Positions 24,526 through 34,156 of a stretch of DNA of 49,269 nt are shown here, one piece after another; the stretch's first letter is position 1; every line of letters starts with the position of its first letter. The notes under the pieces were generated by a model. The model searched no databases. It was not told the DNA's origin and worked only from the letters and a program-made list of their open reading frames with translations. Position numbers and translations under genes: made by a program. The stretch spans positions 1 through 49,269 of the IMG/VR virus record IMGVR_UViG_3300044711_000117. One strand, written 5' to 3'. The stretch comes from a virus. Lineage: Duplodnaviria > Caudoviricetes.

Positions 24526-25821
24526 TCAGGCTGGTTCGGGCCCGAGGTTGGTGAACAGCAGCACGAACGGATACGTCGAACTGGCGTACACCGTCTCTGA
24601 GCCCGCGCCCTGACACACCAGCGCCGCCGACACCATGCCCGAGCCGTCCACGTGCTCCGACCCGATCGTGAACTGGATCGGACCCGTCGCCGCGGGGAAG
24701 CTGCCGGACTGCGGGTAGTACAGCGGATTTCCCTCCGGCAGAGGACTGGACGTCTTCGACCCGGCGTACACGCTGATCGCGCCGTTGCTGTCGAGCAGCG
24801 CGATGTCCAGGTAGAACCCTGACCCGGTGCGCATGAACAGCGGCTCGACGCGCACCCGGTCTCCGGCCGCGGCCTTGATCGAGCCCTTCAGCGGCACGCT
24901 GCCGCCACCCGCCGACGTCGTCACGATCTGCCAGCCTGCCGCGTTCGTCAGCGCGACGTTCTCGGTCGTGATGCGCGTCTCCGCCGTCCGCACCGACGAA
25001 CCGCCACCACCGCCCGAGTGCGCATCGGTATACGCCTCCGCCGCAGCCAGCGTCGCCGCATCCCCGGCATCCGCATACGCCTCCGCCGCAGATTGCGCAC
25101 CCGCCGCCGCACCGGCCGCATCGAACGCCGCGGACGACTGCGTGGCCGCCGAGCCCAACCCCAGATTCCCCCGGGCCGCCGCCACGCTCGCCAGATCCCC
25201 CAGATTGCTCGCTGCCGCCAGCGCCCCGATCCCGCCAGGCGTCGGTGCCGACGGCGTGCCGTGTGCATGATCCCCACGGGAGTACGAAGACGCCGCCCCG
25301 GCCGACGACGGCGCACCGAACGCAGTCTCCGCTACGACCGTGCCCGACGGGGTACTGCTGCCGAACCGGGGATCGTCCCCCGCCGCCACCGTCCCCGCAG
25401 ACGTGCCCACGTTCCGAGTCGCCGCAGTCCCCAGCGCGGACGGGTCCATCAGCACGGTATAGGTGCCGGCCACTGGATCCGGCACCAGTGCATCCGACAG
25501 CCGCACTGTGCTCGGACTGCTGGTCAGCAGGATGTAGCGAACCCAGTTCGGCGCGTTCGTGAAGACCGACCGCACCTCGTAGGTCCAGCCGTCCGGATCC
25601 ATGCTCGCCAGGTCGCACGGGATCAGGTCGATACTCGCCATCCCGGTCGCGTCGAACTCGGCGACTTCCGCGTACCCGGTCAGCGTCAGCCCGAGGTCCG
25701 GCACGGTGACCAGCGGCGGCCCGATGAACAGCAGCTTCCCCCGTGCTGGCGTCCCCGCCGGCCCGGTCATCGGCTCCGACGTCGTCACCGTCACCGTTGG
25801 TGTTCCGTCAGGCAGCGGCAT
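24526..25821 (-). CDS. Tail fibre / receptor-binding protein
   Basis: GGAGG RBS; LGTAATRNVGT.AGTVAAGDD.R, SRGDHAHG and NLGDLA...ARGNLGLG fibre motifs. Confidence 0.75.
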   Translation of the reverse strand: MPLPDGTPTVTVTTSEPMTGPAGTPARGKLLFIGPPLVTVPDLGLTLTGYAEVAEFDATGMASIDLIPCDLASMDPDGWTYEVRSVFTNAPNWVRYILLTSSPSTVRLSDALVPDPVAGTYTVLMDPSALGTAATRNVGTSAGTVAAGDDPRFGSSTPSGTVVAETAFGAPSSAGAASSYSRGDHAHGTPSAPTPGGIGALAAASNLGDLASVAAARGNLGLGSAATQSSAAFDAAGAAAGAQSAAEAYADAGDAATLAAAEAYTDAHSGGGGGSSVRTAETRITTENVALTNAAGWQIVTTSAGGGSVPLKGSIKAAAGDRVRVEPLFMRTGSGFYLDIALLDSNGAISVYAGSKTSSPLPEGNPLYYPQSGSFPAATGPIQFTIGSEHVDGSGMVSAALVCQGAGSETVYASSTYPFVLLFTNLGPEPA

Positions 25822-25831
25822 GGCGGCCTCC

Positions 25832-26548
25832 TTATGTGCGGCGCCGGTCGGGCAGCAGTCCGGGCGGGCTGGTGGATGGTGAGGGGCTCGGGGTCGGCGC
25901 TGGACTGCTGTCCGCGGTGCACTGGTAGCGGGGCGCGGCCGGATCAAAGTTGGCGACCGGCGAGCATGAGTAGGTCACCCCGGCTGGGTCCGTCCATGTC
26001 CAGCCCGCGGGCGGCTGGCCTGGGCTTCCGTCCTTGCCGTTGGTCCCGTCGGCTCCGTCTCTGCCGTCCTTGCCGTCCTTCCCCGCGGGTCCCGCTGGCC
26101 CGGGAACCGTGGAATCCGCCCCCGGGGCGCCCGGCGGCCCCATCGGCCCGGGAACGGTTGATGCCGGGCCCGGTACACCCTGCGGGCCCCGAGGCCCCGG
26201 AACGGTTGATGCTGGCCCGGGAACACCCTGAGCGCCCTGCGCCCCCGGGATGCCCTGCGCCCCCGGGACGCCGGGCACACCCGGGACGCCGCGGACGATG
26301 GACTGCGCCGGGGGCGCCGACGGGGTCACGCCGTGCTGCTGCAACTGGCGCCGGGTCGTGTCCAGGCCACTGCTGAGCTTGCTGATGACTGTGGCCTGCG
26401 CATCCTGCCCATCTGCCAGGCGCCGGTTCGACGCCTCCACCGAGCGCATCGCGACCGCGACGAACGCGGCGATCAGCAGTACGACCACCCATGCGGCGGC
26501 CTCAAGCACCGACCGCCGAGACCGGTTGCCCGTTGGAGGTTCCGTCAC
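25832..26548 (-). CDS. Membrane-anchored collagen-like protein of the lysis cassette
   Basis: TM helix, coiled coil, Gly-X-Y repeats, C-terminal Cys pair. Confidence 0.85.
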   Translation of the reverse strand: MTEPPTGNRSRRSVLEAAAWVVVLLIAAFVAVAMRSVEASNRRLADGQDAQATVISKLSSGLDTTRRQLQQHGVTPSAPPAQSIVRGVPGVPGVPGAQGIPGAQGAQGVPGPASTVPGPRGPQGVPGPASTVPGPMGPPGAPGADSTVPGPAGPAGKDGKDGRDGADGTNGKDGSPGQPPAGWTWTDPAGVTYSCSPVANFDPAAPRYQCTADSSPAPTPSPSPSTSPPGLLPDRRRT

Positions 26549-26859
26549 TTCGCCCCCTTCATGGTGCCGTATGCCTGCACTGCCAACCCGAGGAGCGCCG
26601 CAGCGACGGTGAGGACGCCCAGCCAGCGCGTCCACGTCATCTGCGGCCGGTCCTCCAGCTTCGCGACCCGGTCCGTGAGGGCTTTCACGTCGTCATCCCG
26701 GTCCCGTTCGGTCTGCTGGTAGAGCTGCAGCGGGACCGTGTCCTTCGCGAGGTTCGTGACCCGCGTGTCCAGCGCGGCATGAACCCGGTCCGTGCGCTGC
26801 TCGTGATCGAGGAGCCGCCGATACACCTCACCCGGAGACACGTCATCCGTCACCGTCAC
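26545..26859 (-). CDS. Coiled-coil protein with C-terminal TM (lysis accessory / holin-like)
   Basis: C-terminal [16 protein letters not shown]; located in the lysis cassette. Confidence 0.75.
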   Translation of the reverse strand: MTVTDDVSPGEVYRRLLDHEQRTDRVHAALDTRVTNLAKDTVPLQLYQQTERDRDDDVKALTDRVAKLEDRPQMTWTRWLGVLTVAAALLGLAVQAYGTMKGAK

Positions 26860-26905
26860 CCCTTACACGTCGTGCCCTTGTGACTGCGTGGCCCCCGTGA
26901 GCTCC

Positions 26906-27280
26906 TCAGGTCTGTGTCGGCCCGATCGGGCTTTTCTGCTCCAGAGTCACGGCGGGAACGGGCGGGGTGACCTGCTGGCGCATCCACAGCGTGACGAGCG
27001 CGGCGATTGCGGCCATGACCTTGGACTGGTGGTCCGCTGACCAGTCGAGTCCCAGGCCCACGCACAGGGACATCACGGCCTGGGCGAGCTGGAGAAGCAT
27101 TGCGGCGAGCGCGCCGTTCTTCAGGACGATGGCGGTGATGACGCCGACGGATGCGGCGGAGATGGCATTGATCGCGGTCTGGGTGCCGTCGGAGATGTCG
27201 ACTCCGAACGCGGATAGGGCCTGCAGCAGCGCGGCGATGAAGCCGAGGATGTACACGGGTTCTCTGCCGAGGATCTTCAT
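26906..27280 (-). CDS. Holin
   Basis: MKILGREP start, about four TM segments, RQQVTP end; follows the endolysin. Confidence 0.85.
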   Translation of the reverse strand: MKILGREPVYILGFIAALLQALSAFGVDISDGTQTAINAISAASVGVITAIVLKNGALAAMLLQLAQAVMSLCVGLGLDWSADHQSKVMAAIAALVTLWMRQQVTPPVPAVTLEQKSPIGPTQT

Positions 27281-27303
27281 GGTGGTCCGTTCTGTGCGAG
27301 GGG

Positions 27304-28191
27304 TCAGGCTTGCATGCGGGTGGCGATGTCCTTGCCGATCCCGGTGGCCAGGGCCTGAACGAAGGCGGTGTTGGCGGCGAGCGCGGAGGCGATCTGCTGC
27401 ACCTGCGCGTCGGTCAGCGCTGGCGCCGTGGGGGTGGGCTTTGCGGCGAGCGCCTTGATGCCGCTCGCGGCGGCTGTGGCCTGAGCGGCTGCGGTGGTCA
27501 GCGTCTGGTGTACGTCCGGCGTGTCGCCGTGGGAGTAGTCCCAGCCCTTGGCGGGGACCATCGCGGCATGCAGTTCGGCGAGCTGGCGGGCCTGTGTGGC
27601 GTCCAAATCGATCTCCTGGGGTATGACGGGGCGCGGGTACTGGCCGAAGTCCGGCACGGTGGCGGCGTCCCAGTCGGCACCGCCGGACAGGGTCGTGCCG
27701 CCGGTCTGGCGGATGGTGGCGTGCGCGGACCACAAGCCGTTCGACCACGCGATGGTCTGCCAGAGGTACCGGTAGCCGGCCGTGGCGGCGCCTTCGATGA
27801 CGCGGTATCCGCCATACACCCCTGTGCGGCCCTGGCCGATGACGGACGCGACGCCGGCCATGTACGCGGCCGCTGCGGACCAGCTGGTGTCCGTATCCAC
27901 CGCGAAGTGGATGACCATGTCGCCGGGCAGGCCCACCGCTTTGCGCTGCTGCTCGGCGACCCGCGCATCCGCGACACCCGCTGTCCGGCCCGCGGTCGCC
28001 CGGCCGGCGGTGGTCTCCCACACCACGACCGTGGCGATGCCGGCCGCGGAGTAGGCGGCCACCTCGGAGGCGCGCAGGTTCTTGCTGGCGTCGGTGGAGA
28101 AGTAGCGGGCGACGAAGTGCGCGCCCACTTCCTTGATCTGGTCGACCGTCGGCCGGTCCCAGGCGATGTCCACCCCGGTCAGCGCCGCCAT
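27304..28191 (-). CDS. Endolysin, GH25-like (DUF1906/Rv2525c-type) glycoside hydrolase
   Basis: GVD, FVARYFS...KNL, VVWET, IHFAVD.D, GVYGG, WQT.AWS. Confidence 0.9.
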   Translation of the reverse strand: MAALTGVDIAWDRPTVDQIKEVGAHFVARYFSTDASKNLRASEVAAYSAAGIATVVVWETTAGRATAGRTAGVADARVAEQQRKAVGLPGDMVIHFAVDTDTSWSAAAAYMAGVASVIGQGRTGVYGGYRVIEGAATAGYRYLWQTIAWSNGLWSAHATIRQTGGTTLSGGADWDAATVPDFGQYPRPVIPQEIDLDATQARQLAELHAAMVPAKGWDYSHGDTPDVHQTLTTAAAQATAAASGIKALAAKPTPTAPALTDAQVQQIASALAANTAFVQALATGIGKDIATRMQA

Positions 28192-28192
28192 G

Positions 28193-29059
28193 TCAGACGC
28201 CTGCCTGCTGTCGCCAGGAATCGAACGCCGCGGCCAGCGTCCGATCACGGTCGGCTGGCACCGGGCTCGGCGGCTGGGGGGGCGCGTCCGGGAACGGATT
28301 CTGCTTGCCCGTCAATGCCTGGAAGTCCGCGCCCAGCGCGTGCAGGTCCAGGCCGGTCGGGGTCTTGCCCTTGGTGTCGGCCCACTCGCGGGTGATAACG
28401 ATCCACCCCTCGGCGACGTACCGGCGCCAGAACGCAGCCGTCATGCGCTGCACGGCCGCCCACGTGACGCCGTCGATACCGGACTGGTCGTAGCGCAGGA
28501 CAGGCACGCAGTGGCCGCCCAGGATGCGGGAACCGCGCACGTAGTCCCACGGCCGCCCGGCGTTGAACTGGTCCTCCGCGGACTTGGGCAGGTTAATGCC
28601 TGTGATCACCGCGTCGAACAGGTCGATGCCGAGCTGCACCTCGGTCGCGTTTGACACATCGACCGCAGCGAACGCCACGATCTCGTGCCCCGCGAAGGTG
28701 TGCTTCAGGGCGTAGCCGAGCATGTCCTGGAGGACCACGCCGACATCCGTGGACTCGTCGCCCGGCCTGAACCCGGACACCTCGGAGTAGAAGTCGATGA
28801 CGTCCTGCTCGGTGACCTCGACGGTGTGGCCTTGGGCGTAGGTGGTGACCGACTCGACGACGTGGCCCAGGCCGGCCGGGCCGCAGTCGCCGATGGTGTC
28901 GTTTCCGTACATCGGCCACTCGGGGACGTGGCTGATCCAGTCCGCGGATGGCGGGGTGGCGGGCAGCGGCGTCGTGGCGATGTAGTCGGCGAGCCGGAGC
29001 CGCGGCTGGCCCGGGCGCGCCGGCTTCAGGCCGGGGCGGAACGTGATGGTGCTGGACAA
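28193..29059 (-). CDS. Papain-like cysteine peptidase (second lysis enzyme)
   Basis: MYGND.IGDC (Cys), GGHCV (His), VTW; adjacent to the endolysin. Confidence 0.75.
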   Translation of the reverse strand: MSSTITFRPGLKPARPGQPRLRLADYIATTPLPATPPSADWISHVPEWPMYGNDTIGDCGPAGLGHVVESVTTYAQGHTVEVTEQDVIDFYSEVSGFRPGDESTDVGVVLQDMLGYALKHTFAGHEIVAFAAVDVSNATEVQLGIDLFDAVITGINLPKSAEDQFNAGRPWDYVRGSRILGGHCVPVLRYDQSGIDGVTWAAVQRMTAAFWRRYVAEGWIVITREWADTKGKTPTGLDLHALGADFQALTGKQNPFPDAPPQPPSPVPADRDRTLAAAFDSWRQQAGV

Positions 29060-29115
29060 GGGCCCTCCCGGGCATGAGAAAACCCCGGCCGTCGGCGCGG
29101 GGCGAGGGGTGTGGG

Positions 29116-29268
29116 TCAGGAGATGGGGCCGTCTGGGGGTGTGTCATCGGGCGGTAGCCCCGGGGACGCGACGGGGTCGGGAGGGATCACGCCGTCGGCG
29201 ACGAGGGTCGCGGTGTCGGCCGGCGCCGGGTCTGGGGGCGGTGTGGAGGGCCGCTGGGAGACGGGCAT
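29116..29268 (-). CDS. Small Pro-rich protein
   Basis: GAGG RBS after the tail gene stop. Confidence 0.5.
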   Translation of the reverse strand: MPVSQRPSTPPPDPAPADTATLVADGVIPPDPVASPGLPPDDTPPDGPIS

Positions 29269-29275
29269 CGGGGCC

Positions 29276-29944
29276 TCACGTGGTGGCGGTGGAGATGCGG
29301 CGCATCCCGAAGGAGAAGCTGATGTTGATGGTGCCGCCGGTGGCTTGGTTGGCGTACACCTCGGCGTACCCGGGCGCGCTGAAGACGAGGATGCCGGACG
29401 CCACCGAGGCGTCGTTGCCGGTGCTGCCGAGCATGGTGTTGACGTGCGCATACAGCGCCGCGGTACCGGAGCCGTTCTGCCGGAACTCCATCCGGCCAGC
29501 GTTCGTGCCCAGGCTGGACTGCCACAGCGAGTACCCGGATACGGCGTAGGTGCCCGCCGTGGGCGCGGTCAACCGCGTGGGGCTGCCTGAGGACCACATG
29601 CCGGCGTAGTTGCCGCTGACCTGGCTGCCGAGGTTCAGCGCGGTGTACACCCCGCCGGACGACGGGAGGTTGAAGGAGCTGTTGTACGTCTGGACTTGCG
29701 GGCCCTCGATCGGCACCCATGCCGAGCCCTCGTACACCTCCAGGCGGCTGACGGAGGTCAGCCAGGTCACCATCCCGGCGACCGGCGCCGTGATCGTGGT
29801 CCCGCGCGCGGTGGCGTCCGTGAAGCGCATCACGCTCCGCTGGGTCAAGGCGTCGGTGAGGCCCTTGCCAAGCACGGTGAGATCCGGCTTGTCGGTGTAG
29901 TCGAGGTACGTGACGCCCTGCCCGTAGGCGTCGGTCGACATCAC
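29276..29944 (-). CDS. Minor tail protein
   Basis: RFTDATAR...PVAGMVTWL..V.RLEVYEGSAW; beta-rich C-terminal domain. Confidence 0.8.
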   Translation of the reverse strand: MMSTDAYGQGVTYLDYTDKPDLTVLGKGLTDALTQRSVMRFTDATARGTTITAPVAGMVTWLTSVSRLEVYEGSAWVPIEGPQVQTYNSSFNLPSSGGVYTALNLGSQVSGNYAGMWSSGSPTRLTAPTAGTYAVSGYSLWQSSLGTNAGRMEFRQNGSGTAALYAHVNTMLGSTGNDASVASGILVFSAPGYAEVYANQATGGTINISFSFGMRRISTATT

Positions 29945-30225
29945 ACACCACCAGTGGGCGGCATGGCGTCCTCGATGCAGTCGCCGTGATAGGTGATCGT
30001 GGCCGACGTGTCGTACTCCACGCTCGGGTCGAGGACAGCCCGGGCCTGCTCGATCACCGCCGCCGCAATCGCCTTCATCACCTCGTCGCCATAAGTGTTC
30101 ATCCCGGTGGCCTGGAGGATGACTGTGGAGTCGTAGCGAAAGACCTCGTCTTCCTCGGCGGTGGTGACCACTTCAACCAGCACGCGGGCCGTTACCGGCG
30201 CGTACCCATCGGTCGGCATGGGCAT
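29941..30225 (-). CDS. Hypothetical acidic protein in the tail module
   Basis: GAGGGG RBS; coupled to the next gene. Confidence 0.7.
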   Translation of the reverse strand: MPMPTDGYAPVTARVLVEVVTTAEEDEVFRYDSTVILQATGMNTYGDEVMKAIAAAVIEQARAVLDPSVEYDTSATITYHGDCIEDAMPPTGGV

Positions 30226-30242
30226 ATGAAAATCCCCTCGTT

Positions 30243-30833
30243 TCAGGCGAGTCGGTAGCGGGCCATGTCCAGCGCTGCCCAGGAGGCTGTGCCTGCGTAG
30301 TCGTTGATCTGCACGGTGCCGTTGACGTTGACGTCCAGGACAGCGAAGACTCCGCTGGCGACCTCGGTGGTGAAACGGGCCTTGGACGCCGGCCACAGCG
30401 CGGAGGGCAGAGTGCAGACGGTGGAGGCACCGGTCGTGGAGGCCGGCGCTTTCGCCAGCCCGCATAGGCTGACAGTCCCGTCGCGGTTGTCGTGGTATGC
30501 GGGCGTGTTGTACGGGCTTCCCCACGCCGACCACGACCCGGAGAGGCTTAGCGTTGTCCACCCGTCGTTCGTTGTGGCTAGGCGCCCGGGGCAGATCCAG
30601 TTGCCGGAGCCGGACTGGTGGATGATCACCTGGTCGCCCACGGCGGGCGCACGGTAGGACTGCAGGCGGCGGGCGGTGATTCCGTCGGAGGTGACGATCG
30701 TGCCAGTGCTGTTGACGGTGGAGACGGTGGCGGTGCGCCAGTCCGCGCCTCGGGTGCGCGGGTCGGCGCGGGCCTGCTGCCGGGCCCGGTGGGCGATCGC
30801 GGCGGCGGCCCGGCGGGCGGCGTGGCTGCTCAC
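30243..30833 (-). CDS. Minor tail protein (OB-fold-like N-terminus, beta C-terminus)
   Basis: RRLQSY..PAVGDQV; GTVSLCGL...TLPSALWP. Confidence 0.8.
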   Translation of the reverse strand: MSSHAARRAAAAIAHRARQQARADPRTRGADWRTATVSTVNSTGTIVTSDGITARRLQSYRAPAVGDQVIIHQSGSGNWICPGRLATTNDGWTTLSLSGSWSAWGSPYNTPAYHDNRDGTVSLCGLAKAPASTTGASTVCTLPSALWPASKARFTTEVASGVFAVLDVNVNGTVQINDYAGTASWAALDMARYRLA

Positions 30834-31930
30834 GAGTCCTCCTGTGCGCTGATGGTGGCGAGCACGAAGTCCCCGCCGGTCGTCAGGTCGATGCTGAAGC
30901 TGGCCACCTGGTGGATCTCGCGGGACCCGTCGAGGTACACCACCCGGATCACGTCCCCCGGCTCCAGCAGCGGGTTCGGCAGCGAGGTGACGTCGGCGAC
31001 GGCGTTCGGCTTGAGCCGGGTCTTGAGCATCTGCGTGGCCGCAGCCGTACACTGAGCGGTCGTGATCAGGCTCGCGCTGGAGTAGAAGGTGGGCACCCTG
31101 CCAAACGGGCCACTGACGTAGGTCGGCGAGGTGGGGTCGGTGTCCTCCACCGTCGCCGAGACGGGTGCCACGTTGTCCGCCGTGTTCTCCCCGTAGGCCG
31201 TGACACTGTTGAACACGCCCGCGCGGGCCATGCCGCGGGTCGCCGACACGAGCACGCCGCCCTCACCGGCCGCGACCTCCCACACCACGCTCGTCGGATC
31301 CAGATCCGGCAGGGGCGCGATGATGAACTGGCCGGCGGCGTCCGCGTAGAGCTCGGCGCCCAGCGCGGTCGCCAGGGTCGTGCACGCATCCCAGCGGGAC
31401 GCCTCCCGGTCCCACGACATCGTGCCGACCGTGGCGTCCGTGGCCCGCGAGATCACCGTCGCCGTGGGGATCGTCCCCTGGATCAGGGTGGTGATCCCCG
31501 CTACCGCCGAGCCGGATGTGAGCGTCACCGGCGCTTTGAACACGTCGTCGATGACGAAGCTCTCCAGCCCCGACCCTGTGATGGTGACCGGCCCGGTGTC
31601 GGGGTCGCCCTGCACGTCGTCGATCCTGAACACACCGAGCGGCACCAGATCAGGCGCCGACCCGTCGCCGTAGTCAATGCCGCGACGGATCCGCAGCTGC
31701 GCGCCGTACACGCTGAGCTTGTCGGCGGGTGTGCGCGGAATCAGGCTGGTGTCCGCCAGAGTCACCGTGCAGGTGCGGCGCACGGCCTGCCCACGGTCCA
31801 CCGTCACGGTCCCGCCGGTGTGGTCGAGCGCCTCGATCGTGCCGTCTGTGCGCAGTAGCTGCGCCTCGGTCACGACGCGGTGGCTGTAGGCCAGGGCCGG
31901 TATGAACCGGCTGGAGGGTGCCGTGTACAT
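30830..31930 (-). CDS. Minor tail / baseplate hub protein (DUF5047-like)
   Basis: GGTVTVDRGQAVRRTC, VPLGVF, GPFGRVP, PNPLLEPGDVI. Confidence 0.85.
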   Translation of the reverse strand: MYTAPSSRFIPALAYSHRVVTEAQLLRTDGTIEALDHTGGTVTVDRGQAVRRTCTVTLADTSLIPRTPADKLSVYGAQLRIRRGIDYGDGSAPDLVPLGVFRIDDVQGDPDTGPVTITGSGLESFVIDDVFKAPVTLTSGSAVAGITTLIQGTIPTATVISRATDATVGTMSWDREASRWDACTTLATALGAELYADAAGQFIIAPLPDLDPTSVVWEVAAGEGGVLVSATRGMARAGVFNSVTAYGENTADNVAPVSATVEDTDPTSPTYVSGPFGRVPTFYSSASLITTAQCTAAATQMLKTRLKPNAVADVTSLPNPLLEPGDVIRVVYLDGSREIHQVASFSIDLTTGGDFVLATISAQEDS

Positions 31931-34156
31931 CTACACCTGCCGGTTGTCGAGGACCATGTCCAACACCGTCGCGTAGGCCGCGCTGGCGTCCAGGACCGTG
32001 GCCCACGTCGTCGCCACGTCCTGCACCGTCCAGGCCGCGGAGCCGCCCACGCCGCCGAGCGGAGCGTCGACCTGCGTAAGCGGCAGCGACCACTGGCGCC
32101 GGGGCTCGCCGCCGTAGGCGATGAAGCGGGCCTCGGTAGCCTCGCCCACGCTGGCGTACACGTCCTCGATGCCGAGGCCCGGGTTGAGCTGGATCAGCAG
32201 CGGGTGCCCGGTGTCGAGGAGGAAGTGCAGCGCCGCCCGCTCGGCGTCGCTGAGCGTCCACACCTGCAGCGTCCCGGTCAGGCCCCCGCGGACGTCAGTG
32301 AGGATCACGCTGTTGCGGCGGCCGCGGACCCGGTACTCCGTGGCCTCGATGGGGCGCGCCCAGTCCGGGGCGACGGCTGCGGTCAACCTGACGTTGCGCC
32401 ACGGCTGCTGCGCGTCTTTCAGCCACACCTCCGACGGGTCGGCCATGGCCAGGGACACCGAGGAGGATGTCGCGGACTGCTGCAGCGCGCCCGTACTGGG
32501 CACGTACAGTTCACGCCGGTACGTCACGTCCTGCCCGATGGGCGCCTCGTAGTCCTCCACGACCATCTGTGTGGAGGACAGGAGCGTGCCCTGCAGCCAG
32601 CCGTCCGGGCCCCGCACGATCGACTGCGCCCCGCCCACGACCCGGTACAGCGTCAGCGTGTCCCCGCTGTCCAGGTCTCGCATCGTGACCGTGATCAGAC
32701 CCAGATCGTCATCCGCCTCCACATCCCACGACGGGAGCGCCTCGAACAGCGCTGGCCAGTCGATCTCCAGCGTGCCCGCGGCCGGGGCGGTGATATCGAT
32801 CTCGATCGCAGCCGTGGCCGCGTTCGCCGGGGCGGTGACATCGTTCCAGGTGGCCCACCAGGTGCCCGTGGCCGGGACGCTGTCGGCGACCAGCGCCGAG
32901 CGTGAGATCGACGTGCCGCTGCCGTCGTACCAGTGGATATTCGGGCCGATCTGCCAGATCCCCGAAGCCGGCGCGAACTGGCCCTGCGCCCGCCACGACA
33001 CACTGGGCGTCACCGGATACCGGGCCGATGCCAGCACGCTCGTACCCGAGGCCGGGGCGGTCAGTGTGAGCGCGTAGCTGCCCCCGTAGGCCGCCGTGCC
33101 CCACGGCGTCGAGCGGGCAATGGTCGCCGACCCAGAGGAGATCGTCCAGCCGCCCACACCCTGCTCGAAGGACGTGTCCTCGTAGGACAGCACCGACCCG
33201 GGCACAAGCTGCGGGGCAACCTGGGCGACCGCGCCCTCGACGCGCACTACCTGCCCGGCCGTCGCGGACGTGATCCCTGCGGCGAGGACGCACGTCGCCG
33301 CCCCGGCTGGGGCGACCCCGGAGACGTACTGCCGGTACCAGCCGGTGCCGGGCGCGGCCAGCGTGCCCCTCTTGCTGCTGATCAGGGTGTTGCTGGCGTT
33401 GAACCAGCGCAGCTCGACCCAGCACGACGAGGACGAGGTGGACGGGTTGAGATAGCAGTACCCGCGGTACTCCGTACCCGGCACGACCGCCGGCGCCTCA
33501 GCCGTCTTGATGCTGGCGTTGCCGTTCGCGGTGACCGTGGCCTTGATGACCTCGCCGCCGGAGTAGTACCAGTCCACCGGCCACGACACCGCCGGCACGT
33601 CCCGGCTGATCGTGCAGTTGGCGTCCACCGCCCAGCCGCTGGTGTCGATTTCGCCGCCGGACTCGACGTTGAAGCTGAGCAGGTTGCCTGACGTCCGGAA
33701 CGGCTGCCCGAGGTACGCATTTTCGAAGAAGTGGGTCTTCCCGGATGCGCTGGTAGTGGCGGACAGCAGTATTCGCGCCCGCACCGCGCCGACCGGTGCC
33801 ACTGCGGCCACAGACACACGGTGCCACGTAGACGACGCCGCTGATGTTGTCAGGGACCAGGTCGCACCGATGGACGCCAGAGAGCCGCTGAACCACTCGA
33901 TGCCGATCCGTTCCGGCTGGTTAGCGCTGGAGGCATCGACGAACGCCTGGTATGTGACGCCGCCTGTCACCGAGTACAGCATGAACGTCGACGCCTGCAT
34001 CTCGCCCGCGGCAGCCGAGGTCAGCGTCAGCACGCCGTCGCCGTTCCGGCCGCCGCTGCCCAGCGACTTGGTGCAGTTGGTGACCACGCGCCACCCGGAT
34101 GTGTCCGGGTCGACCATTTCCGTAGTCGCGGAGAGGAGATTCCCCGGGATTGCCAC
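31931..34156 (-). CDS. Distal tail (Dit-like) protein with repeated carbohydrate-binding-like modules
   Basis: Three repeats starting GNLLS/GSVLS...E..(T)SGW; C-terminal DYEAP..WLKD region; follows the tape measure gene. Confidence 0.75.
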   Translation of the reverse strand: MAIPGNLLSATTEMVDPDTSGWRVVTNCTKSLGSGGRNGDGVLTLTSAAAGEMQASTFMLYSVTGGVTYQAFVDASSANQPERIGIEWFSGSLASIGATWSLTTSAASSTWHRVSVAAVAPVGAVRARILLSATTSASGKTHFFENAYLGQPFRTSGNLLSFNVESGGEIDTSGWAVDANCTISRDVPAVSWPVDWYYSGGEVIKATVTANGNASIKTAEAPAVVPGTEYRGYCYLNPSTSSSSCWVELRWFNASNTLISSKRGTLAAPGTGWYRQYVSGVAPAGAATCVLAAGITSATAGQVVRVEGAVAQVAPQLVPGSVLSYEDTSFEQGVGGWTISSGSATIARSTPWGTAAYGGSYALTLTAPASGTSVLASARYPVTPSVSWRAQGQFAPASGIWQIGPNIHWYDGSGTSISRSALVADSVPATGTWWATWNDVTAPANAATAAIEIDITAPAAGTLEIDWPALFEALPSWDVEADDDLGLITVTMRDLDSGDTLTLYRVVGGAQSIVRGPDGWLQGTLLSSTQMVVEDYEAPIGQDVTYRRELYVPSTGALQQSATSSSVSLAMADPSEVWLKDAQQPWRNVRLTAAVAPDWARPIEATEYRVRGRRNSVILTDVRGGLTGTLQVWTLSDAERAALHFLLDTGHPLLIQLNPGLGIEDVYASVGEATEARFIAYGGEPRRQWSLPLTQVDAPLGGVGGSAAWTVQDVATTWATVLDASAAYATVLDMVLDNRQV

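Noticed and set aside
26030-26300. Tandem DNA repeats as a CRISPR array or VNTR
   Set aside because: They encode the Gly-X-Y collagen repeats; no unique spacers and no cas genes.
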